From Octopus vulgaris (Eukaryota), in the NCBI GenBank assembly GCA_951406725.2, contig OX597815.1:84196001-84260000 (forward strand): 64,000 nt of DNA, read 5' to 3'. Position 1 is the stretch's first letter. Each line of letters begins with the position of its first letter. Below, one piece after another: positions 15,418 through 28,015 of this stretch. The notes below the pieces were generated by a model. It was not told the origin of the DNA, made no database searches, and saw nothing but the letters and a program-made list of their open reading frames with translations. The translations under genes and the position numbers were made by a program.

Positions 15418-15820
15418 AGAAGAAGAAGAAGAAGAAGAAGAAGAAGAAGAAGAAGAAGAAGAAGAAAAGAAGAAGAAGAAAAGAAGAAGAAGAAAAGAAG
15501 AAGAAGAAGGAGAAGAAGAAGAAGAACAACAACAACAACAACAACAAGAAAAGAAGGAGGATGAGGAGAAGAAGAAGAAGAAGAAGAAGAAGAAGAAGAA
15601 GGAGGAGAAGAAGAAGAAGAAGAAGAAGAAGAAGAAGAAGGAGAAGGAAGAAGAAGAAGAAGAAGAAGAAGAAGAAGGAGAAGAAGAAGAAGAAGAAGAA
15701 GAAGAAGAAGAAGAAGAAGAAGAAGAAGAAGAAGAAGAAGAAGAAGAAGAAGAAGAAGAAAGAAGAAGAAGAAGAAGAAGAAGAAGAAGAAGAAAAAGAA
15801 GAAGGAGAAGAAGAAGAAAA
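15418..15820 (+). repeat. About 400-bp (GAA)n polypurine tract
   Basis: Directly visible. Confidence 0.98.
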
Positions 15821-16255
15821 TGAGGATGAATTCGAGGACAGTAGTAACAGACGGAAAAGGCAAGGCACGAGGAGAATATGCAATGAGAACAGAAAGATCC
15901 AAATACAACAGCGGCAAGAGAGATTTGATTTAAATGGTGAAAGAGAAAAGGTGAATGAAAATGACAAAGTGTAAGTTGTAGGTTGGTAGAAGCACAAAAA
16001 AAGAAAATAGGTGTAAGAAACATGAAAAAAAAACAAAAAAAAAATGAAATAAAAATATGAGAATAACAACACTCAATACAAAGAGAAATAAGGAAAAAGG
16101 AAACCCAGAAGACTATCAAGGTGAGACCAAATATATTAGTGTGTGATGGGCAGCAGTAGACTATAAAACATAGATTTCTGCAATCACCATTCTAACTCAT
16201 CGTTCAGAAGATAGGCATATACACACCTGCATACCCTGTTTTATTTATATATGTA

Positions 16256-16361
<106 letters not shown>

Positions 16362-16405
16362 CGTCTATATATATATGTATGTATATATATATATATATAT
16401 AAATG

Positions 16406-16502
<97 letters not shown>

Positions 16503-17561
16503 ATATATATATGTGTGTGTATGTATGTATGTGTATGTATGTATGTGTGTGTATACATATATATATGTGTATGTGCATATACGTACATATATACATGTAC
16601 TCGCATTTGCACACCATACTCATTTACATGTATTACCACTCATATTCTTACGCAAAACTCTTCCCAAACTCCGCGATTTCCCCGAGTAGACGGAAATCAA
16701 ATATGAAGTAAAGAAAATCACGTTGGCATCCCATTAATAGTGCTATATAAATAACTAGATAAATAAATAAAAAAGAAAGGGGAAATAAAGGTAAAGGAGG
16801 GGGTCTAATTAGCAGCCTTAATATCTTTAGGGAACATTATAATGAGATAACTTTTCTCATGCGTCTTTTACAAGTTGGAAAAATCTTTCTCTGTACGTTT
16901 CTTCTAGGAATGTAAGCCGTTTATTTCTACGGAATTATGTTCCGTTATTGCTGTTGCTCTATGTAGCCCTTGTTTTTGTTGTTGTAGATGAGATTGTGTG
17001 TACGTATGTGTGTGACTAAATCTATTTTGATTTTATTTGTATTTTTGATTTGGTCTCTATTTTATGCATATATATTTATACGTTTATTAATCTTTTTCGT
17101 TATTTATTTGAGTATGTGTTTGTTTATTATGGACTTGTGTTCGTAATTATGTGTACAAATTCACATAACTAACATGGTTATTCCTGCTGAAAAATTCGCC
17201 CTTCCCCCTTTCTTTACACATACAGCCACGGACTCTTTTGATTGCATTTTTCTTCTTCTTCTTCTTCTTCTTCTTCTTCTTCTTCTTCTTCTTCTTCTTC
17301 TTCTTCTTCTTCGTCGTCGTCGTCGTCGTCTTCTTCTTCTTCTTCTTCTTCTTATTCTTATTCTTCTTCTTCTTCTTATTCTTATTCTTCTTCTTCTTCG
17401 TCGTCGTCGTTTTCTTCTTCGTCTTCTTCTTCTTTTCATCTTCTTTCTATTTCTTCCTCTTCATGGACAAGCATTCTGAAGGATAAATATTTTTGCATAT
17501 ATATGGATACATAGACAGACGGACAGACAGACAAATATATAACGCGATTATGTATGAATAT

Positions 17562-17615
<54 letters not shown>

Positions 17616-17673
17616 TGCCCCCTCGTTATCGAGTATGGCCATTGCACGAAGCTTAACTGTTACTGGTGCTATG

Positions 17674-17758
<85 letters not shown>

Positions 17759-18139
17759 ATAAATAAATAGATAGATAGATATGGATATATCTATTTTCTA
17801 TATGTATATATATATATATGCATGTACTTCTACGCATATATTTGTATGTATTGCATAAGTGAACAGTACATTCTCTGTGTATGTGTATGTCTATATTCCT
17901 TCAGTATGTTTGCTTGTGTATTCGCTGCAATAAGGCTTCTGTATACAAGTTACAATAAGATTTGTTCTCATGTGAAAATATTCTATTAAAACAGGAAAGA
18001 GTAAACATATGTGTGTATGTGTGTGTATGCACGCACGTGTGTGTGTGTGTGTGTGTATGTGTGTGTGCGAGTGTGTGTGTAACCACGCACGTACATAGGG
18101 TAAGTGTTTTGTGAAAAGCAAAATTTGCTGCGGTATATC

Positions 18140-18361
18140 TATTTCTTTACTACCCACAAGGGGCTAAACACAGAGAGGACAAACAAGGACAGACAAACGG
18201 ATTAAGTTGATTATATCGACTCCAGTGCGTAACTGGTACTTATTTAATCGACTCCGAAAGGATGAAAGGTAAAATCGACCTCGGCGGAATTTGAACTCAG
18301 AACGTAACGGCAGACGAAATACGGCTACGCATTTCGCCCGGCGTGCTAACGTTTCTGCCAG
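18140..18361 (-). mobile_element. SINE family B (ggcgagctggcagaa..gttagcacgccgggcgaaatgc head), tail type 1
   Basis: B-box-like gagttcaaattcc and central ctttcatcctttcgg.gtcga; many copies in window. Confidence 0.9.
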
Positions 18362-18545
18362 GAAAAACTCTTTACATGACACTGGCTGTTGAAGAAAATC
18401 TGAACGTCACAGACCAGGCGATTTTCTACGATTGAAGAATTTCGGTATTAGTCTAGAATTTGAAGAGTGTTGATAGGCTAGACCTCGGATTCAGTGGTTC
18501 TCTGTAAATATCCTGCTTTTATTCACTACCTGGACCTATGATATG

Positions 18546-18592
<47 letters not shown>

Positions 18593-19038
18593 GACACATA
18601 ATCACACACACACACAAACACACATACATACATATGTATATACACGTGTGTGTATATATATATATATAGATAGGCGCAGAAGTGGCTGTGTGATAAGAAG
18701 CTTGCTTCCCACTGCGCATGTTAGTATTGTTCGTACCACTGAACAGAAGTCACCACGCTAGTTTGAAGATGGTGAAATAGTGATTAAAAACAAGCTCAAC
18801 TGTATTGTAAGACTTTTGTTTTTGAGTCCAGTGAGGGTTTGTTGTTTGCTGTAATTATTTTGTAACAAAGAAGAAGTCCTCACCGGATTCTGGACTCTGA
18901 TCTGCCTACAGTTGAGTGAATAGATTTTCTCACTTAATCGCTTCCAAAAAGTTGTTCACTTTAAGTGAGTAGTTTTTTCTCACTAAATTGTGAGAATTGT
19001 TGTTTTGGGGTGCGTATACATATATATATATATATGTG

Positions 19039-19079
<41 letters not shown>

Positions 19080-19776
19080 ATGTACATATGTATATATATA
19101 TATGCCAAGATATATATACATTTGTACGTGTATGTATACATATACATATATATATATACATATGTATATGTATACATGTTTATATATACATATACATACA
19201 TACACATATAAATGTATATATATATATATATCAGGCTAAATATATATATACATACAAATATTTTTTTTTCATACATACACAAACTAAATTTTTTATATAT
19301 ATATGTATATACATGTGTATGTGAGTGTAGGGAAAATGACTGAGGATCCCTGGCTGCTTGTTGTAGAGGATAGATTTTTTATTGAAACTGAATTTAGACT
19401 TTACGTCGCAATTAATATTTGACGCTACTGCGATCATCATGTGAGAAAAGTTTAAACTTGATAATTCCAGTCCTAAAATTAAAAGGCAGCCGTTTCACTA
19501 GCAGCAGAAATAGCAAGAAACTACGTTGGTGTCAGTAGTGGAATCTTCAAAGATGATTACACGCATCATTCAACAAACATTGCGAACTGTATGCAAAGGA
19601 AAGTCCTCTCTAGACATTTCTGAGAGTCAAGAAGAACCATCCACACCATAAACACAATGAGTAATTACAAGCAGCGACCAAATATATATAAGCTTTCTGG
19701 TATCTGGATATCCTTCTTTTCTCCCTACTCCCAAATACCACATTATCCTTCTTTCTCCCTTTGTTTTTCTCCCTTC

Positions 19777-19821
<45 letters not shown>

Positions 19822-20008
19822 AGGAGAAATTGTAAATTAATCAGACGAAATTGCGAGGATGATCTGGTTCTTGACTGAGGATAAAAGGCTTCGAATAACT
19901 CGTCCTTCTTTTTTTTTGTATCGTCTATCTGGATGTTTTATTGTCTCTTTTTCTATCACATAGCTGTCCGGATGTTTTGCGTTCTTTTCCCATTTTATAT
20001 TACATATA

Positions 20009-20047
<39 letters not shown>

Positions 20048-20050
20048 TAC

Positions 20051-20105
<55 letters not shown>

Positions 20106-20107
<2 letters not shown>

Positions 20108-20320
20108 GACGGCGAGCTGGCAGAAAGCTAGCACGCTGTAGGAATTGCTTAGCGATATTTCGCCCGTTACTACCATTCTGAGTTCAACTTCCGCCAAGAT
20201 CGACTTTGCCTTTCATCCTTTCGGGGTCGATAAATTAAGCAACAGTGAAACACCGGGGTCGATATAATCGCATAGTCCCAACCCCCCAAAATATCAGGAC
20301 TTGTGTCTTCAGTAGAAAGG
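20106..20320 (+). mobile_element. SINE family B, tail type 2 ending in (ATT)n
   Basis: Same head and centre as the 18140 copy; 3' end ccccaaaatatcaggacttgtgtcttcagtagaaagg-(att)n. Confidence 0.9.
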
Positions 20321-20385
<65 letters not shown>

Positions 20386-20389
<4 letters not shown>

Positions 20390-20545
20390 TAGTTTTATTT
20401 TTATAGCGTGCTTTCACTTCACTACCGAGCGCAGCTCTGTGTGCCTTGGGTATGTGCTGTGATTTGTTGTGATGCTCTGATGGTTATTGTATGGAAAGTG
20501 TTCTGCGTAGGATGTGTGCAGTGCCTAGTAGTGCAATTTTCTGTA

Positions 20546-20547
<2 letters not shown>
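20386..20547 (-). mobile_element. Extreme 5'-truncated R4/Dong element (last codons plus 3' UTR), subfamily distinct from its neighbour
   Basis: Minus strand reads IQKIALLGTAHILRRTLSIQ* then a UTR; (TAA)n on both sides. Confidence 0.85.
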
Positions 20548-20599
<52 letters not shown>

Positions 20600-20601
<2 letters not shown>

Positions 20602-20804
20602 TATGTTTGACTTTTGCTTTACATTTGCACAAGCTGGCTCCAAGTCTCACCCAGAGACCTCAAGAGACAACAAGTTGGAAGTTCATGTTGGTGTTATGCC
20701 TAGGGTGCCATATATTTGGTTTTGTACTTAGTGTTTTACTAGTGAATGCCTAAAAAACCATACGAAAACTTGGTTTGTGTTAAAACTTGAGATTACAAAG
20801 AAAG

Positions 20805-20808
<4 letters not shown>
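20600..20808 (-). mobile_element. 3' UTR-only copy of the R4/Dong element at 20841-22045
   Basis: Aligns end to end, with scattered substitutions, to 20841-21050; flanked by (TAA)n. Confidence 0.9.
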
Positions 20809-20840
<32 letters not shown>

Positions 20841-20842
<2 letters not shown>

Positions 20843-22045
20843 TATGTTTGAATTTTGCTTTATATTTGTACAAGTTGGCTCCAAGTCTCACCCAGAGACC
20901 TCAAGAGACAACAGGTTGGAGGTTCATGTTGTTGTTATGCCTAGTGTGCCATATATTTGGTTTTGCATTTAGTGTTGTACTAGTGAATTTCTAAAAAAAA
21001 AAAAACGAAAATTATGTTTGTTTTAAAACTTGAGATTACATAGAAAGTATTTTGCGTAGGATATCTGCAGTTCCCATGTGCACTATCTTTTGAATTTCTG
21101 CCATTTTGGGGTTTTCTGGTATCTGAGTTAGGTAGCAATCAGCCCCTTTTGCTAACCTTCCCAGGGCACCTATGACAACAGGTATTGTTTTAGTCTTCAG
21201 GTTCCACATTTTGATGATTTCTATTTGAAGATATTTATATTTGCTCAGTTTTTGGTATGTCTTGACAGATACGTTTATATCGATTGGGACAGTCATATCA
21301 ATGAGGAGGCATGTTCTTTGTCTGAAGTCTTTCAATATGATGTCTGGCCTATTTGCATCTATCTTTCTGTCAGTTTGAATGGTGAAGTTCCAGAGGAGTG
21401 AGATGTGGTCATTTTCAAGCACTGGAGGTGGTTTGTGTTCCCACCAGTTTTTTTCATGGGGCAAATCCAGGTTTTTGCAAATCACCCAGTGAATATATTG
21501 GGCAGCTCTATCATGCCTGTTGAGATATTCTGTAGGCGCTAGAAGACTGCACTTGGAGACAACATGATCAATGGTTTCACTTGGTTGTTGATTTACACGA
21601 CCTGTTGGACTACTGCCGTTCTTTAATATGTTGGTCTGGTAGTTCCTTGTTGGTAGGCATTGATCTTGAGCTGCTATGATAAACCCTTCTGTTTCAGATT
21701 TTAAGCCAGAGGCCAATAGCCATTGATGTGTCAGGGCTTTGTCAACATCTACATTATTCGCTCTCTTTGGATATTTGCCATAGAGAGGTTTTTCTTGCCA
21801 TTTATCATTCCGAATATCTAAGGCAGCAGTTTTGGCACGGGTTTTCATGCGCTTAGCGTTTTCTGTGCTTGTTTCTTGTATGTCTAATTCCGAAATTTGC
21901 TGTATTCGGAATTCATTTAGATATTCCTTTGTCTGTTTTGTTACTGAGTGTGATGCTTTCTTGTTTTCATGTTTTGAGACAAGTTTTAACATCCTGTCCT
22001 CAGAGTTTTTCAGGTAGGTGTCTAGGTCAATTGTAGCAATCTTCA
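20841..22045 (-). mobile_element. 5'-truncated R4/Dong non-LTR retrotransposon: zinc-knuckle region, restriction-like endonuclease and 3' UTR
   Basis: Open frame 21036-22045 has ETEGFIIAAQDQ, ETIDHVVSKC (first two CCHC cysteines replaced: PTGRVN), YLNRHD, RPDIIL...LLIDMTVP, KLSKYKYL, PVVIGALG. Both ends lie in (TAA)n, the known Dong target. Confidence 0.95.
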
Positions 22046-22097
22046 TTATTATTATTATTATTATAATTATTATTATTATTATTATTATTATCATCAA

Positions 22098-22157
<60 letters not shown>

Positions 22158-22165
22158 CATTATTA

Positions 22166-22222
<57 letters not shown>

Positions 22223-22428
22223 GTATCATTATTATTATTATTATTTATATTTATTATTAAATCAGGCTATTTTAATATGGAGACTGAGTTAGGTTCGAGA
22301 ACAACACATCCGTGAATTAACACTATATATGAACACTAATGCATATATTGACGTATATAGGGTCTTGAGCGTCACTGAGACTATATATTCTTTATGAACC
22401 AAATCTTAAATGTTTGATTTAAGTTTTA

Positions 22429-22513
22429 ATTCACCTGATGAAAACAGTTATTTTTTGTGATTGAATTGATTAGTTCACCCATAAAAAACGCGTCTGAAAC
22501 AGTTGTAACGAAT
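22429..22513 (+). ncRNA. Hammerhead-like motif with extended stem II (probably decayed)
   Basis: CTGATGA 22435-22441; tttttgtg...cataaaaa pairing; GAAA-CAGTTG-TA 22496-22507; partial stem I attc/gaat. Confidence 0.5.
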
Positions 22514-22552
22514 CTCAGCCCGTTTTGTTCTCGTATAAATAGATAGATAAAT

Positions 22553-22616
<64 letters not shown>

Positions 22617-22726
22617 TGACAGACAGACGGACAGACAGACGGATAGATATATACATACATATACATATATATGTGTATGCATGTATATATATATGCCTGT
22701 CTATCTATCTATTTAGCTAGCTATAT

Positions 22727-22787
<61 letters not shown>

Positions 22788-22791
<4 letters not shown>

Positions 22792-23210
22792 ATCCAAACA
22801 AGAAAGCACAAAAAAACACAACAACACGAGGACGTGGAACAAATATAGTATTATTGGACGCTCAGGAAAGAAGGAAAGAAGGGGGTCTAACGTTTCGAGC
22901 GGAGCTCTTCGTCGGAAACATAGGAGAAGGAAAGATCCAGAGAAGGGAAGACAGAGGCAAAAAAGAGACGAAGACGGGTGTGTAAACAACAAACAGATGT
23001 ATTAGTTTAACGCTCGGGAAGTGAGAAAGTCTTTTACGATTCGAGCCTACGCTTTTCGAAAGGAAGGAACACAGATAGAGAAAATAAAAAAAGATTTAGT
23101 GGCTAGTGATCTATTATGGCGAATGCCGGACAGAGGAGTCACATAGGAGAGCTTGGAAGAGGGGCAGATAATAAAGTAGTGGTGACCCTAAAATGAAGGT
23201 GCGCGTGCGT
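22788..23210 (-). mobile_element. TA-embedded Penelope-pLTR-like repeat with two minimal hammerhead motifs (partial copies at 29203-29281 and 55888-56050)
   Basis: Minus strand 22919-22885: gttt-CCGACGA-a-gagc-tcc-gctc-GAAACGTT-agac; second decayed motif about 23030-23068; homologous blocks elsewhere also abut (TA)n. Confidence 0.7.
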
Positions 23211-23744
23211 GTGTATGTGAGTGCGTGGATGTGCGTGTTGAAGGGGGCTGGTGACCTTGGCGTGTGCATGTGTAGGTATGTGGAAGATGGTGTGCGTGCT
23301 GGGAAGTGGTCAGTGTTAGTGTGTGCGCTGGTGTGAGTACTGGGAAGTGGTCAGTGCTAGTGTATGTGGTGTGGTGTGGTGTGTTATGGTGGTGTGTGGT
23401 GTGGTGGTGTGCAGTGTGGTGTGGTGGTGTGTAGTGAGGTGTGGTGGTATTAGGGTATGGGGGAGGCGAGGTAACGTCTGATGAGCTAAATATAGGTTTG
23501 TAAGATTTGAACAGTTCGTGGTAGGTGTAGAAACAACGTCCAAGAACAATAATAATTTATTGATATCGAAGGTTGTGGACTTTTCCTGTATCGAAGTTCG
23601 ACAAGCTGAAAAAAAATGTATGTATAGCTCACAGCTAGTAACTAGAGTTCCTCTGAATGAATGCGAATAAAAATCTAAGTTGAGGGAGTGGAACAGGTAG
23701 CCTGAATTTTACCTGTTCCACTTCCTGAATTTGGATATATATGT

Positions 23745-23964
23745 TATTTCTTTATTGCCTACAAGGGATTAATCATAGAAAGGACAAACAATGACAGACA
23801 AACGGATTAAGTCGATTATACCGACCCCAGTACGTAACTGGTATTTAATTTATCGGTCCCGAAAAGTCGACCTCGGCGGAATTTGAACTCAGAACGTAAT
23901 GACAGACAAAACACCGCTAAGCATTTCGCCCGGCGTGCTAATGTTTCTGCCAGCTCGCCGTCTT
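23745..23964 (-). mobile_element. SINE family B, tail type 1, with 15-bp target-site duplication
   Basis: aatttggatatatat at 23728-23742 and 23965-23979. Confidence 0.92.
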
Positions 23965-24990
23965 AATTTGGATATATATATGGGGGGTATTCGTGTGTGT
24001 ATTTGTATGCATGTATGTATGTATGTATGTATGTATGTATGTATGTATGTATGTATGTATGTATGTACACACCCATAATCATTTTAAAGCAAAAGCGATG
24101 ACCATCAAAACATAACTTTCTATGTTGCATAAACATAAGAGGAAATATATGTACAATCGTCAAATATTGTTTTTCTCAATTCTCAGTCGTATTGTCTGCG
24201 TTTCTATGCTTCTCGATAATACTTCCAACATAAAGAAGCGTGACATACATAACTAGCGTGCTTAAGAAAATCAATTTCTTCTTAACACGCATAACATTTT
24301 TTGTTGTTAATATCTAAGCTAAATAATATAATTCTTAATATGAAGTAGAAAGCGAAATACGTGAAAATTATTGCATACATTTTAGCACAGTGGTAGGAAG
24401 AAATGAGGAATAAGAAACTGATACAAATTGATATTATATAATTATAAACATATTTCATCCAAAAGGGGAAAAAATGTCAACGGTGACGTCATCGTGACAT
24501 TTAATGCTTCTACTAATTAGGTAGATTATTCTGAATTTAAATTTCATTCGACATTCGATTTCTGAAAATATTAGAGTAAGAGAAGCATCTCTGAAGATCT
24601 GAATCAGCTCTACGATTTTAATTTACAGTTGTCTATTTATTCCCTAAGATACTTAATGTCTTTGATAAAGTCAGAACGTGGGATATCTAGATTTCACTTC
24701 TCTTCAATAAAAAGACCTGATCGTCACTTGATATATGCCTTTCATTGGTGAACATCAAACAATTTCGTTAAAACGTTTGGGATTATAAGGATTATAATTA
24801 TAATTGCCATGGCGTATTTAGCTCAAATCCTACGAGTGAGGATTTCGCATTTAATCCCTACGGGGTCAATAGAATAAATATCAGCTAAATATCGAGTAGC
24901 GATTAAATCAACAACACCCCGTAATCAAAATAATTATTAGCAGCAGGATCATAATAATCATTCCCGTCATCAACATCATCATGACCTTTG

Positions 24991-25034
<44 letters not shown>

Positions 25035-25035
25035 C

Positions 25036-25261
25036 ACTAGGGCAGCCTAACAGACTTGATACTGTCCAGGACTAAATATTTAACAGCATTTCGTCCATCT
25101 TTAATTTCAGAGTTTAAATTCCACGGATGTCAACATTGCCTTTCACCCTTTCAGAATGGATAAAATAAGTACCAGTTAAAGACTTGGGTTGATCTCAATG
25201 ACTTGCACACTCCCTCGAAATTTCTAGTCATCTGCTAATTTTTGAAACTATCATTGTTATC

Positions 25262-25320
<59 letters not shown>

Positions 25321-25460
25321 AGCTGGCACAGTCATTACCGTGTCAGATAAAATATTTAGCAACACTGCTGGTTTTTGTGTTCTCATTTCAAATCCCATGT
25401 AGGTCATCTTGGCCTTCATTGGGTCTGAGTCGATAAAATGGTACCAGTTGAGCACTGGTT
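25036..25460 (+). mobile_element. Two decayed SINE family B copies separated by (GTA)n
   Basis: gagtttaaattcc...gcctttcaccctttc...ataaaataagtaccag, then gagctggcacag...gtcgataaaatggtaccagttgagcactgg. Confidence 0.7.
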
Positions 25461-26643
25461 TCGAATGAATGAATATGTTTATCTCTATAACTGACGGCCA
25501 GGATCCTCAGAGATATATATGTTACTCCTCGCCACATATTGTAGTCGTGTACTACAGCCATAGACTCAACCAGTCGCTTTTCGGTCTAGCCCATGCTGTA
25601 TTCGATCTCACGTCGTCTTTCTTCCGTCCGGAATTCATATGTTAGCGAGCTGAATCGTCATTTAACATATCACAATTCCTCGAGAATTATGTTCCTTGTA
25701 CCCATACTTCATTTGGCTTTTCGGCCCAAAGCACTTTTTCTAGATTAAATCTCAGGCATAGGACCCGTGGAATACCTGATTTAGTACTGATACATCACTG
25801 ACTTAGGATAAAATTTAAGTAGACGTTAGGTCAGAAGAATCAATCTCAGGTTTATCAAAATGACAATTAGAAAATAAAAAAATAATGATGTGTTCTTCAC
25901 GAATGATAAGGCTTTTCATTTTCGAACAAGTGCGTAAGATGCTTTATGAATACTAGTTTAAATCTTGAACTCATTTTATGGACACTACAGCAACAGAAGA
26001 GAAGATAAGAAATGTAAGGGTGTAAACTAAATGTCTTATTCTGTTTGGACGTTAGGCTTAATATATCACTTCTTTAACACCGCCTTTTTTGGAGAGTTGT
26101 CTATTACAAGTATTCAGATGAGAGTCTTAATCGGTTTTAATTTTTCCATGTTTTTTCGATAGACTCACACCTGAGTATATTCAGTTAGAGTGTGATCAAC
26201 CGTATTAATCTCACCGATCCAAGATGAGAAACAAAGTGGTGTGCACTTCATAAGCTCTTTTTACTAACCTTGTACGACAGTCATTGTGCTCTAGCAATCC
26301 AATGCTCTAAGCGTTAACCGAAATAACCATTAATTAATCACCTTGTTAATCTGCCATCCTTTGTTAGCTCTCGTTATATAATTAATAGCTAGGAGTTGTA
26401 CAAAGAAGAAAAGGGGGAAAGTGTCTTCTTCCCATAATGAAATATAGTATTTGCTGCTGTAAAATCAAATAAAGGCGACGTGAAAATAATTAAGTGGAAA
26501 TTACCAGCAAATTTTAGTTTTAATGAAATGACAGAATTTGCTGGTTTGTCAACATGATGATAGATTAAAATGAAATAGATGTAAACTTATTACATACAAC
26601 CTAGTAACAAAGGTATACATTAAATATATGAATATTTTCATAA

Positions 26644-26684
<41 letters not shown>

Positions 26685-26899
26685 TGGCTGGTTGCCTGCT
26701 GTCTGTCTGGTGTGTGTTCTTTTGCTTTCTGAAATGTTTCAGTCATTCGACTATGGACCAAGTGAGGTAATATTTCCCACGCGAACAATACTCTGATACT
26801 TAGGTACTGCAGTTATCAATATCTCTTTCGCGATTAGCTATGTTATAGAATATGAAGAAAAATGAAAGAATTGAGAGATTTTAGACTATACTTGAACAG

Positions 26900-27750
26900 A
26901 CACATTCGCGATCATAATCTTTTGGTCATTGCCCAACATCCATGACCATAGAGAATAACCACAAAAAAATCAAGTTTCGAAATTTCTATAATTTCTCCTC
27001 TTCTGACTGTCGAACGTTGGAGTTGGCGCATCACTGTACTAACATCTTCGATTCTAACATTCAATTCATTTTTCCTGATTTTCATCACTCACGAATTCGG
27101 CCCCGAGATAGTTTTAACTCCTCTTTTCTCAATGATGTTCCACTTTTATGCAGAGTGCATCGAGTAGACCTTTTTGAGACGGCCAATGTTTCACTCTTCG
27201 CAACACTAATTGTCATCCCTGCCTTGCAGTACTGGGCAGCAGACACATTCAGTGCATGCTGGAGATCATCTTATCATGAACCAAGTGGTACCATGTCGTC
27301 TGCAAATATCAGCCGACCGATCGTACACTCACTGATTGGTATCCCTGCCGAATTCCAACGTCCAAGTAGAAAGGTTTCAACTTAACACCATCTGCCAGAA
27401 CACAAGTATCTGGGTATTTGTACAGGGACTTCACAGGAACCAAAAGTTGCTCATTAACCAAAACTTCTGCAAAAACCCCTCACAGCATGTCTTGTAGTAG
27501 ATAGTCATATGCCTTTTCGGGTCGTACAAAACAAGTTACAACTCTTGGCAATGTTCATACGATTTTTCGAAATAATTACTAATCTGTTGTGTTGGGATAA
27601 ATCCAGAATTGAAGTCACACTGCTCTTCAGCAAGTATTTATAACTCCTTGTTCGTGCGTATACCTCGAAATAGAAAGTTATGCAGGGAGCACGTGTACTA
27701 TAGACAAGGTTAAGTTTTCCTTCTACTGGTCTCCATAGGGACAAAGATCA
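26900..27750 (-). pseudogene. Decayed RTE-clade LINE reverse transcriptase
   Basis: Minus strand gives EEQCDF, KAYD, VKSLYKYPDTCV, LIFADDMV (FADD at 27306-27295) and DDLQHALN...AGMTISVAKSE, with stops and frameshifts. Confidence 0.85.
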
Positions 27751-27854
27751 CACAATATATATAGAAAAAAATTAAAACTCGATAGTTGGTTTGGAAAATA
27801 TTTAATCTCCGAACTAACTCTCTAGTTCTCTTCTTTCTATCTCCCACTGTGTTT

Positions 27855-27945
<91 letters not shown>

Positions 27946-27951
27946 AGTGTG

Positions 27952-28015
<64 letters not shown>

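Noticed and set aside
19817-20005. TA-flanked repeat with gactgagga...cgaa
   Set aside because: Probably a dispersed repeat, but the GAAA box and stem III are not intact, so no ribozyme call is made.
23478-23541. CTGATGAG...GAAACAACGTC on the + strand
   Set aside because: No stem I complementarity and no convincing stem II.
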